From: a virus
Reading direction: 5' to 3' (one strand)
Length of the DNA stretch: 64,000 nt
IMG/VR virus record: IMGVR_UViG_3300028556_000001
Location: 9,227-73,226 of that record
Part shown: in pieces, positions 1-7,580 of the stretch
Layout of the letters: each line of letters starts with the position of its first letter
Position numbering within the stretch: the stretch's first letter is position 1
The notes under the pieces: generated by a model
The model's database searches: none
What the model saw: only the letters and a program-made list of their open reading frames with translations
What the model was told of the DNA's origin: nothing
Position numbers and translations under genes: made by a program

Positions 1-1
1 G

Positions 2-187
2 GCCCTAAAGAACGTGGAAGCGGGCCTATCTGCGGTTGCCGCTAAGGTGGAATCGCTGATTTCAACCCCCAAGCCAGCCGTCGCCACCGTAACCCCGGTT
101 GCCGCCGTTGTCGTATCCTCCACTCCAGCCTCTTCCTTGGCCACCCCTGCGCCGTTGACTCCTTCAGACGCCGCCCCCCAACCCTAA
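2..187 (+). CDS. C-terminal part of a hypothetical protein (Ala/Pro/Thr-rich tail), truncated by the window start
   Basis: Open frame ALKNVEAGLSAVAAKVES...DAAPKP*; its TAA overlaps the next ATG (TAATG at 185-189). Confidence 0.6.
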   Translation, partial: ALKNVEAGLSAVAAKVESLISTPKPAVATVTPVAAVVVSSTPASSLATPAPLTPSDAAPQP

Positions 188-549
188 TGGGCGGAACCCC
201 CATAGAGAAATTCTTCGCCAAATGGGGTATAACCATTGCTGGCGGTTTGCTTATCGCCATGCTCTGTGGCGCGGCAGACAAGGTTTACACGACCGTCATG
301 CAGACGAGCATCACGCAGACAAAATTGGACAACGTGGAGGTGCTACTGACGAAACTTGAGGAAGGACAAACCAATTTGTATAGAACCCTCTCGGAGTGGA
401 GGTCAGCCACCGACCAGCGATTAACAGCCCTCGAACAACACAACACCGACCAGCAGCAGAACAATACCGAGCAGCATTTTAACAACGCGGCCCAGAAGCA
501 AAATAACACCGACCAGCAACAGAACTCCGCCGCCGCCAACTTGAAATAA
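187..549 (+). CDS. Membrane-anchored coiled-coil protein, possibly lysis-cassette (holin-like)
   Basis: N-terminal hydrophobic helix (WGITIAGGLLIAMLCG), heptad region, C-terminal 7-aa repeats (NNTDQQQ-like). Confidence 0.55.
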   Translation: MGGTPIEKFFAKWGITIAGGLLIAMLCGAADKVYTTVMQTSITQTKLDNVEVLLTKLEEGQTNLYRTLSEWRSATDQRLTALEQHNTDQQQNNTEQHFNNAAQKQNNTDQQQNSAAANLK

Positions 550-656
550 GTCGCACTCGTTCTAGGCTCGGTGCGCTGATAGCCAGATTCTTTCCTCCTG
601 CTCTTTGGGTAGTGGTACAGTTTGCCCTCCGAATGCGTCAGAAACCCTCCATTGCC

Positions 657-1514
657 CTACTTTTTCGGGCCGTCAATCTTCTTGATTTCACGGTGCGACG
701 ACTTTAGACGCTTTTGCACGCTCTTTATATCTTCGGCGGGAGCCAAATGTTCTGGCGGCGTACCACCGATTTTGACAATGGCTTGACGAACTTCCCGGCC
801 AACATTTTCGGCGGCGTTTTCTAGATTGGCTTGTCCGCGTATTTTTTCTGCTTTGATTTTGTCCTCGGTCTGCGTGACACGGAAAAGATTGGCCGCAAGC
901 TCTGTCTTGCCCATGAATTCCAGCGGGGATCGACCGTCAGGGATTCCCTTTCTCTGGCGGATTTTCCACAAATCCATATTATAAAGCCCGCGATAACCTG
1001 CATTTTGAAAAAATGGATAATTAGTTACGCCAGATACAGCCGCTATACCCGATAGTGCCCGCTCATGCTCTGAAACCTCGCCGCGAATTGCTACGCGTTC
1101 AACCCCGTCCGCCTGTTCCAAGGACATCTGGCAAGCCTCAGCCCACCTAGCAAAATAGACTTGCGCCTGTGCAACTTGAGGTTTTTTCGGGTCTCCATTC
1201 ATTGCCGCCAAGTAGCAGGCAAAGCGTGAAAGTTTGTAGTCCTGAACGGTCTTCCCTGCCACGTCCCTTGAAGTCTGGATAATATTATCCATGACGGGTA
1301 TATTTAGGCTCATAAGTGCAGCCATAGCTTTTTCGATGGATTTGCGAAAGCCTTGCAAACTTTCGTATCCTAGAAGACTTGCCAAGTCAGATGCCCACCA
1401 AAAAAGAAACCCGTTCGTATTAGAAAGGGCTTCAAATCCGGCCTTGTGTGGAGCAGTTGGCTCCAATTGAAAGGGACTATCGCCGGAGGCTTCGCTGGGG
1501 GTGTCTTCGCTCAC
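657..1514 (-). CDS. dinD: DinD / Bro-N-like DNA-damage-inducible protein (E1 cargo)
   Basis: Motifs WWASDLASLLGY, DYKLSRFACYLAAMNGDPKKPQVAQAQVYFA, FQNAGYRGLY, ELAANLFRVTQTE, VGREVRQAI..GGTPPE typical of DinD. Confidence 0.8.
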   Translation of the reverse strand: MSEDTPSEASGDSPFQLEPTAPHKAGFEALSNTNGFLFWWASDLASLLGYESLQGFRKSIEKAMAALMSLNIPVMDNIIQTSRDVAGKTVQDYKLSRFACYLAAMNGDPKKPQVAQAQVYFARWAEACQMSLEQADGVERVAIRGEVSEHERALSGIAAVSGVTNYPFFQNAGYRGLYNMDLWKIRQRKGIPDGRSPLEFMGKTELAANLFRVTQTEDKIKAEKIRGQANLENAAENVGREVRQAIVKIGGTPPEHLAPAEDIKSVQKRLKSSHREIKKIDGPKK

Positions 1515-1555
1515 GCATTGAGACTAACACCGGATATAGTTGCGGCAACATCTTT

Positions 1556-1685
1556 TTATGCCGCCTTTTCCTGTGCGTCTAGTAGGGCGATAATGTCAAC
1601 TACCTCCCAGATTTTCGTTGCGACCCCTGCCTTCGCAGAGGCAGGCTATGACGCGGGCGCGTTGGTCTTGGCTTAATTGGTTCAT
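1556..1685 (-). pseudogene. Internally deleted IS1-family transposase
   Basis: MNQLSQDQRARVIACLCEG (N-terminus, like the two intact transposases) joined out of frame to AGVATKIWEVVDIIALLDAQEKAA* (C-terminus) at a GGCA overlap near 1628-1631; upstream TTGACA-17-TAATTT. Confidence 0.85.
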
Positions 1686-1780
1686 GGTGTCAAATTAGCT
1701 TATTATGCTTGCTATGTCAAGGGGGTATTTTAAGAAAAATGCCGCCCGGTTTTTACGCCGGACGGCACGCCTATGTAGGA

Positions 1781-1912
1781 CTAGACTTTCCGCCAGATGG
1801 GGATGCCGCTACCAGGAGGCGCATATTGAATGCGACCTGTACGCGGGTTTCTCACCCGTTTGACGATGGCGACCAGTTTATAGCCGGGTCTGGGCTTGGG
1901 TTGGATAACCAT
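1781..1912 (-). CDS. Small basic peptide, 43 aa (E1 cargo)
   Basis: MVIQPKPRPGYKLVAIVKRVRNPRTGRIQYAPPGSGIPIWRKV, followed by a GC hairpin (1741-1766) and T-tract on the minus strand. Confidence 0.5.
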   Translation of the reverse strand: MVIQPKPRPGYKLVAIVKRVRNPRTGRIQYAPPGSGIPIWRKV

Positions 1913-2082
1913 TGTGGATATCCGGGCAAAACCCATTGACAACCGTGGCCGCTGATGCGATAATTCTAGTGATTGCTGAACTATCGCGGCGGCTTGTCCG
2001 GTCATACGGATGGGTTCGCCCGGAAAGTCTTAGACCCCGGCGTGTTTCAAGCACGGCACGGGGTTTTTCGTAAATTTGTGCT

Positions 2083-2544
2083 TTAGCCGGGTACCACTTC
2101 CTCCTCCTCGTCCTCAGCGACAGCCGGAATTGGTGGCGGCGGGTTTGCGACCGCCTCGGCTGGTTTGGTTGAAGTGCGTTTGTATCGAGTAGCACCGGGA
2201 TACCATTCTGCAAGCCCCCATGTATCGGTATTGGGGACTTTAATGAAAGCGGGATTCTTACCTAGCGCAATCGCCACGTTACGAGCGGCTATCACACTAT
2301 CCTTGTTGTCGAATTGGTAGCCGCCCGCCTTCATAGAGTCATAAAGTGTTTCCAGCGAAATTGCGCTCAATCCCCGCGACTTCCCGGCTTGCAGTATTTC
2401 TCGTACAACCGTTGCAAGTGGTCGGCCAAAATATTGGTCTGGTCGCGTCACCCCGCCTGTCGATTGAGATAATTCAATGTCAGCGTAAATCGGTGGCGCA
2501 CCTGCCGCCGAGCAAAGCTCATTGACCAATTTCTTTTTGGACAC
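2083..2544 (-). CDS. Winged-helix (HARE-HTH / RNAP delta-like) protein, E1 cargo, possibly N-truncated
   Basis: ISLETLYDSMKAGGY...NVAIALGKNPAFIKVPNTDTWGLAEWY pattern; acidic C-tail. Confidence 0.6.
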   Translation of the reverse strand: MSKKKLVNELCSAAGAPPIYADIELSQSTGGVTRPDQYFGRPLATVVREILQAGKSRGLSAISLETLYDSMKAGGYQFDNKDSVIAARNVAIALGKNPAFIKVPNTDTWGLAEWYPGATRYKRTSTKPAEAVANPPPPIPAVAEDEEEEVVPG

Positions 2545-2672
2545 AAGCTATTGCTGGCCCTAACCTGTCCGCCTTTGACCGCGCTGGCCTTTGGCTCTGG
2601 CGGCGGCGGTACTACACCTGTGGCACGTTGAACCACGTCAAAGGCAATCTGGGCAAAGTCTCGTTTCGGCAT
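2545..2672 (-). pseudogene. Truncated small KGG-motif basic protein of the kind seen next to IS1-like transposases
   Basis: MPKRDFAQIAFDVVQRATG...AVKGGQVRA then loses similarity; a related GRKGGKARA fragment is in E4. Confidence 0.5.
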
Positions 2673-3057
2673 AGCCCCAACATATCATGCTTGCTGCCCA
2701 ATTCCAGTCCAAAGCCGGGTTTTATAATTCAAACTGTACCACTACCAAAATTCGCCATCGCTCGCGAGCTTCCGGTGGCATCGCCATCAGGCATTTAATC
2801 GCAGCGTCGTATAGCGGCTTCATCTTAGCGCGAAACTCTAGGCATCCGGGCGGCAAGTCTTCGTCGCGGATGATGAATGATGGAGGAGGTTTCATTGAAA
2901 GTAGTGCTGGGGCCGCTACGGCGAGTCTTGCATCGCCCTGCCTCGGCCTTGCGGTAAGGGAGTTTACAAAACAGCCCCCAGCAAAGTAAGGGAGTTCTAA
3001 TGAGTGACCCCAGCAAAGGGAAAGTGAATGGCGCGGCAGGTGGATTGGCAAGCGGGA

Positions 3058-3420
3058 TTATGTGCATTCGTTGAGTTGTTTCAATTCGATGGTTATGGAA
3101 TCTTCAGGGCCGTCTATGGCGCGGATAAACATTTCAGGAACTACCTGCCTGCAATCGTCCACGGGCATGGATTGTAGCATCAGCAATTCCCGAGAGCATC
3201 CCGTCGGCGTCTCGCCGTCGCTTATCAGCACACACGACCGTAACGCTGAGACGATAGCGAGGACTAGGCTCTCCTGAAACCTTTGCTTTTTTGGCGCGGT
3301 TATCAGCCGACCCCGGCACAGCATCTTTCCGTTTTTGAAACTTGGGACGGGGCCGAGTCCTTTTAGCTGAATCGTCAGCGTCCCGGTGGACAGGTTGAGG
3401 GTTGCGTGGAATTGGCTCAT
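3058..3420 (-). CDS. RusA-like Holliday junction resolvase-fold protein (frame A)
   Basis: N-terminal GPVPSFKN and C-terminal DDCRQV...ITIELKQL resemble RusA; the central RRRD motif is in the overlapping frame. Confidence 0.5.
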   Translation of the reverse strand: MSQFHATLNLSTGTLTIQLKGLGPVPSFKNGKMLCRGRLITAPKKQRFQESLVLAIVSALRSCVLISDGETPTGCSRELLMLQSMPVDDCRQVVPEMFIRAIDGPEDSITIELKQLNECT

Positions 3421-3541
3421 AAGAATCAGGGTAGGGGTCGGGAATGATTGGATGCTTGCGTAGCTCAGGCGGCAAAAACTTGCGTTTAGCCGCCATCCTC
3501 GCCTCGTGCAGCGCGATGTCGTTGTCAGTCCAGCCTTTCAT
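3134..3541 (-). CDS. Overlapping ORF carrying a RusA-like central motif (frame B)
   Basis: RYRLSVTVVCADKRRRDADGMLSGIADA; ATG coupled to the upstream stop (ATGA at 3538-3541). Confidence 0.45.
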   Translation of the reverse strand: MKGWTDNDIALHEARMAAKRKFLPPELRKHPIIPDPYPDSYEPIPRNPQPVHRDADDSAKRTRPRPKFQKRKDAVPGSADNRAKKAKVSGEPSPRYRLSVTVVCADKRRRDADGMLSGIADATIHARGRLQAGSS

Positions 3542-3822
3542 GGATATACGCCTCCCCATGTTTTAACCCAGTGAATGCGGATTGGTATGCACGGAAGCAA
3601 GCAAATCCAAAGGGTGAAATCACGGAACGAATCGCGCCTCCAGAATGCGCCAATCCACAAATCCTCAATCTTCCAGCACAGGCTCAAAGAGAGCTTATTT
3701 GAACAAATTAGCGGTAAACCAGCTTTGTTTGTTTCGACATTCTCCCACTTGATTCGCGTGAGTATAATGCGTTTTTCAGATGGAGCCAAGTTTGGCTTCC
3801 ATTGGATGCGTATGGTTTTCAT
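3538..3822 (-). CDS. Hypothetical phage protein
   Basis: Tightly packed minus-strand operon; DLWIGAFW...WICLLPCIPI motif. Confidence 0.65.
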   Translation of the reverse strand: MKTIRIQWKPNLAPSEKRIILTRIKWENVETNKAGLPLICSNKLSLSLCWKIEDLWIGAFWRRDSFRDFTLWICLLPCIPIRIHWVKTWGGVYP

Positions 3823-3825
3823 AGG

Positions 3826-4098
3826 TTAAACTTTGTTCTGCTCCTCAATCAGCTTGGCGATTTCGTAATCGGTGAGGCGGCGGTAGAGGAGTCCATGTTT
3901 GCATTGACCAGCGAAGAATCCCGCCAACAACGAAATTGGCCCAAGTAAGGCAAATACAGAGCAATACTTTCTGGCTTTTTTCTCCGATACGTCATCAAGC
4001 CCATAGCAGATATGCGTTAGGTGCGCGTAAAAGAATCCATAGTCCAGCACCCCGCAGGCGACGTAGGACAGGAAGAGGAGGATGAGCGGGAGGGTCAT
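3826..4098 (-). CDS. Hypothetical membrane protein
   Basis: Two hydrophobic segments; in operon. Confidence 0.6.
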   Translation of the reverse strand: MTLPLILLFLSYVACGVLDYGFFYAHLTHICYGLDDVSEKKARKYCSVFALLGPISLLAGFFAGQCKHGLLYRRLTDYEIAKLIEEQNKV

Positions 4099-4271
4099 GG
4101 CTTCTTGCTTAGGAGTGCAACGTTCAAGCTATCGGGTTTACGGGAGGCGAAAGCGCAAAGGAGTTCACGCTCCGCGCTTTTCCTTGTTATGTGGGTCATC
4201 ACAACAAGCTGAAAGCGGTGGCATTTCATTTTTGGTTTAGGCATAAATTCTCCTCGGTTGGTGCGGGGGGG

Positions 4272-4481
4272 TTATTTCTTCAATGTTTCTTCCTTAAATG
4301 ATTTGAAGTGGCAAACGATATTGACCATCATAGCAAATTCCTTGGAGCCTTCCTCAAGTTGTTCGGGTAGGAGATTCATGTCGTAAAGTAGGCTTTGCAC
4401 AATCATCTCATCGTTGATGAAATCACGCAACTCTTGCAGTTGCTTTTTGACTAACTCCGGCATCTTAGGATGGTCACTCAC
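4272..4481 (-). CDS. Hypothetical protein
   Basis: GTG start overlapping the upstream stop (GTGA at 4478-4481). Confidence 0.55.
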   Translation of the reverse strand: MSDHPKMPELVKKQLQELRDFINDEMIVQSLLYDMNLLPEQLEEGSKEFAMMVNIVCHFKSFKEETLKK

Positions 4482-5353
4482 GCTCCCCCTCCCTTCGGCG
4501 GCTCGACTTGGGGGATTCTGGCCCAATGGGTTATCACGGAATCGGCCATGCCGTATTTGTTCATTTCGTTATAGGTTCCCGTAACTTGCATTTTACGGTC
4601 TTCGCGCCACCACAAAACAACTTCGTTAGCCAACGGCATCTTCCCGCTCTCCACCGGGAACCACTCGACGGCAATGGGCTTGGGTTTTCTTTCATCGGAA
4701 ATAATGTTCCCTGCGGAGTCGTATATAACTCTTCCGCTCCAGTCTAGAGGCTGCGGAGCCTGCCGCTTGCGATACCGGAATACGGGGAGTTTTTTCTGGC
4801 CATCTGCTACGGGCCTCCATACGCTCCATCCTTCGCTAGTCATCTCCTCGTCCTTGGTTAGCTCCTCGGAAGCGGGCGTGAGCTTGCGGCGATACATATT
4901 TTCTGCGTTGATAGCACCAACTTCCCGCCCTTGGATTCCACAAGGATGCCAGCCGCCGTAGATTTTTAATTCGTCACCGATGATTGTGGTTTCTCCTTTC
5001 TCTAGCAGCCTATACCCATTCCCAACTTGGTCAATAGATAGGCCATCGGGATTATGACCCGGAGCTTTTACGAAATAGTCTTTTGGATTCGAGCTAGGAT
5101 TCTGATTTTTCCCAAAGCACCCCACGCCCAACTCCCGCGCAAAGTGCAGGTTCAGAATGCGGGCGACAGATTTATGCGTAGCCGGTTCGGTTCTTGGAGA
5201 AACCATCAGGTTTGCGCTATCTATGCCAGTGATTCTTTCTGGCGACTCGACTACAAATGGCAAGTTGTAGGTAAAGCCCGCAACAGTGCATTCCTTCCCC
5301 TTCAGCCACTCCGCAAGCTGCGCGTCGGTGGGGTTGTGTGCGGCGGGGGTCAT
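4478..5353 (-). CDS. Mosaic hypothetical protein with C-terminal DUF551-like domain
   Basis: EWFPVESGKMP..VVLWW...VITHWARIP at the C-terminus. Confidence 0.65.
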   Translation of the reverse strand: MTPAAHNPTDAQLAEWLKGKECTVAGFTYNLPFVVESPERITGIDSANLMVSPRTEPATHKSVARILNLHFARELGVGCFGKNQNPSSNPKDYFVKAPGHNPDGLSIDQVGNGYRLLEKGETTIIGDELKIYGGWHPCGIQGREVGAINAENMYRRKLTPASEELTKDEEMTSEGWSVWRPVADGQKKLPVFRYRKRQAPQPLDWSGRVIYDSAGNIISDERKPKPIAVEWFPVESGKMPLANEVVLWWREDRKMQVTGTYNEMNKYGMADSVITHWARIPQVEPPKGGGA

Positions 5354-5583
5354 GGCGATTTCTTTCTCTTGGATGGGAGGATGGTGATGGCGCGGGCCAG
5401 CCTCGACTTACGCCGGATAAACCCCTTCTTTTCAAGGGCAATCAGAGGGCGCAGGATGGCGTGCGTGCTTTTGAACCCGAAAAATTTGGTCATTTCAATG
5501 ATGCTTGGGCAATAGCCGTTGTCGGATTGAAAGAGAACGAGGAAGGCCAGCACCCGTTTTTGCAGGGGAGAAATCGCTCTCAT
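5350..5583 (-). CDS. LexA-type winged-helix DNA-binding domain only (no peptidase domain)
   Basis: LQKRVLAFL....NGYCPSIIEM...FGFKSTHAILRPLIALEKKGFIRR...ARAI matches the LexA N-domain; 77 aa. Confidence 0.8.
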   Translation of the reverse strand: MRAISPLQKRVLAFLVLFQSDNGYCPSIIEMTKFFGFKSTHAILRPLIALEKKGFIRRKSRLARAITILPSKRKKSP

Positions 5584-5679
5584 GTTGCCATTATTTACAC
5601 CATCTGCGCGGGAATGCAAGTGGCGCATGAAGATTTTTCGTTGATTTATTTCCCTGTTTCTCCACAATCCTGCCACAGA

Positions 5680-5926
5680 GGGCGAGTATCAGACCGTCCA
5701 CCCTCCGGTCAGGCTTATCAGTCCCGCAGCCGGGGACGACCCAGAAGACAAGACCGCGAAGGTCAAGCGAGGCGTAAAACCCTAGGCTCTCCGCCCCCTG
5801 AGCCACGGATAATCCGCCGTCCATACCGGGACGGGAAGAACAATCGCCCAGCGGGACGCCTGCCAAGATACTCACTCCGATAGATTGGCGTAGGAAAGTC
5901 AGTCGGGCACAGACGGAACTTTCCAC
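5680..5926 (+). promoter_or_regulatory. Structured 5' leader (or ncRNA) upstream of the major capsid gene
   Basis: About 250 nt with no credible ORF, six local hairpins and three long-range complementary pairs (see findings). Confidence 0.5.
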
Positions 5927-7165
5927 ATGTCTCAATCCACCATTGACCATTGCCAACTCACCCCCGCTGACTGGAACGACCTCCTACCGGAGCAGATTCC
6001 GCAGTGGCAGGTAATCAATCAGGCGTATATTGCCTTGTCCGACCCCTACACGAATGCCTTGGACGGCGGCACCTTCCCGGCGAACATGGGCCAACAGATT
6101 CGCACGCTGATTCCCGGTCGCCCGGTGATGAACCAGAGCTACACCCGCCCGGCATTCTCCCCGTGGCTGAACAACGCTTGCGGCGTCTCCGGCCCCATCG
6201 CACAACCCTCCAACAACGCCTACGAGACGACCCCGGCGTATATGACGGGACGCTCGGAACTCTTGTGCGTGGCTCAGACCTACGACCAAGTTCTGCAAAC
6301 CCTTGGTATCTACATTGATACCATGAAGAAAGGCCTGTATGAATTGAACTTGATTGACGCCCGCATCAATTACCACGACCTCTCCGGCCTCAAGTTCGTG
6401 GCGAACACCGCAGGCAATATCGGCACCCTCCTGACGGGCGACTTCCTCTCCATCTCCACGCCCTACAACTGGGGCTACGGGCTCCCGAACGCCTACATGT
6501 CGTGGCAGGCCCTCCTCGCCATTATGAACGAGATGCGGAACCGGGTGCGCGACATCGAACTCTGGCCCGGCTCGGCTGACGGGATGTTCGCGGGCATCTT
6601 CTCCTACGAGCAAATCGAAATCTTCCGCAACACGGGCGACATCAAGTCGGACGTGCAATCGGCCATCAAAGGCTCCTACGACGACGCGAAGAAGGCTGAA
6701 TGGCGTTACTCGTGGATTGAATACCCCTACCGGGGCATCCAGTTCGGCATTGACCAGCAGCCCCTCCGCTTCAACGCCATCAACGCGGACGGCTCCCCGG
6801 CCTTCATTGACCCGTATATCACGGAACCCGCCACCTTCGGCTACAACAACGTGGTGAATCCGAACTGGCAAATCGCCCTCTACGAAATCGGCTTCCTCCT
6901 GACGAAGAACACCCTTCGCAAGCTGGTGCCGGAAGACTACACGGGCGAGGCCCAAGCGGTGTTCCCCCACCAGTTCTGGAACGGCGAACTCCACTGGATT
7001 AACAACAAGGACATGGGTTGCAATCCCCGTGGTGAGTTCGGCTACTTCGACTACATGTTCGTCCGCGCCTACCAGCCGCTCCGCACTTGGGGCATCTGCG
7101 CCATCGCCTACCAGCGTTGCCAGACCGACATCGGGCTGCAAACCTGCGCTAAGGAAACCTCGTAG
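5927..7165 (+). CDS. Major capsid protein
   Basis: 412 aa, strong C-ending codon bias, first gene of the structural operon, followed by a strong hairpin; fold not verified. Confidence 0.75.
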   Translation: MSQSTIDHCQLTPADWNDLLPEQIPQWQVINQAYIALSDPYTNALDGGTFPANMGQQIRTLIPGRPVMNQSYTRPAFSPWLNNACGVSGPIAQPSNNAYETTPAYMTGRSELLCVAQTYDQVLQTLGIYIDTMKKGLYELNLIDARINYHDLSGLKFVANTAGNIGTLLTGDFLSISTPYNWGYGLPNAYMSWQALLAIMNEMRNRVRDIELWPGSADGMFAGIFSYEQIEIFRNTGDIKSDVQSAIKGSYDDAKKAEWRYSWIEYPYRGIQFGIDQQPLRFNAINADGSPAFIDPYITEPATFGYNNVVNPNWQIALYEIGFLLTKNTLRKLVPEDYTGEAQAVFPHQFWNGELHWINNKDMGCNPRGEFGYFDYMFVRAYQPLRTWGICAIAYQRCQTDIGLQTCAKETS

Positions 7166-7187
7166 TTCATCCTCTGTCTCCTTGGCC

Positions 7188-7216
7188 CTCCTACGGGGCG
7201 CAAACGCCCCTAGGAG
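7188..7216 (+). terminator. Stem-loop after the capsid gene (mRNA stabiliser or partial terminator)
   Basis: CTCCTA-C-GGGGCG-caaa-CGCCCC-TAGGAG; no U-tract. Confidence 0.45.
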
Positions 7217-7237
7217 CGGTCGGGAAGGCGGAACCCT

Positions 7238-7579
7238 ATGGCTGCCGTCCAACCTGACGATACCCTCGACACAGCCTTGGCGAAACTGCTGATTCTGTCG
7301 GGCGGAACTTGGGCCTCAGACGACAACATCAACACCCTGCTCCGCAAAATCCTTGTCCAGCAGGGCGGAATCAAGAAACCGGAATACCTCGACACCAACG
7401 ACATCTTCTGGCGCAAAATCCTCATCAATGCCGCAACCGAAATGGCCGCAGCCGATGACACTGACTTCACTTACGCCTACAAAATCCTCCTCGGTGAAGC
7501 CGGAGCATTCTCTCCCTCATCGGTGGATACCCTCGTCACTTTGACCAAGAAACTCGTCCTCAACAACGACCCCCTTTAA
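7238..7579 (+). CDS. Small virion-associated protein with five internal repeats
   Basis: DTLDTALAKLL / DNINTLLRKIL / DTNDIFWRKIL / DTDFTYAYKIL / DTLVTLTKKLV. Confidence 0.7.
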   Translation: MAAVQPDDTLDTALAKLLILSGGTWASDDNINTLLRKILVQQGGIKKPEYLDTNDIFWRKILINAATEMAAADDTDFTYAYKILLGEAGAFSPSSVDTLVTLTKKLVLNNDPL

Positions 7580-7580
7580 C

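Larger units (their letters stand above)
608..2746. mobile_element. Non-autonomous IS1-like cargo element E1
   Basis: Perfect 17-bp TIR GGTAGTGGTACAGTTTG (608-624) and its complement (2730-2746); internal transposase remnant; flanks differ (no TSD). Confidence 0.88.

Noticed and set aside
5984-7252. Long antisense ORFs (also 14481-15377, 16370-17209, 26098-26967, 36976-37767, 61026-62099)
   Set aside because: Shadows of GC3-biased real genes; no motifs or operon context
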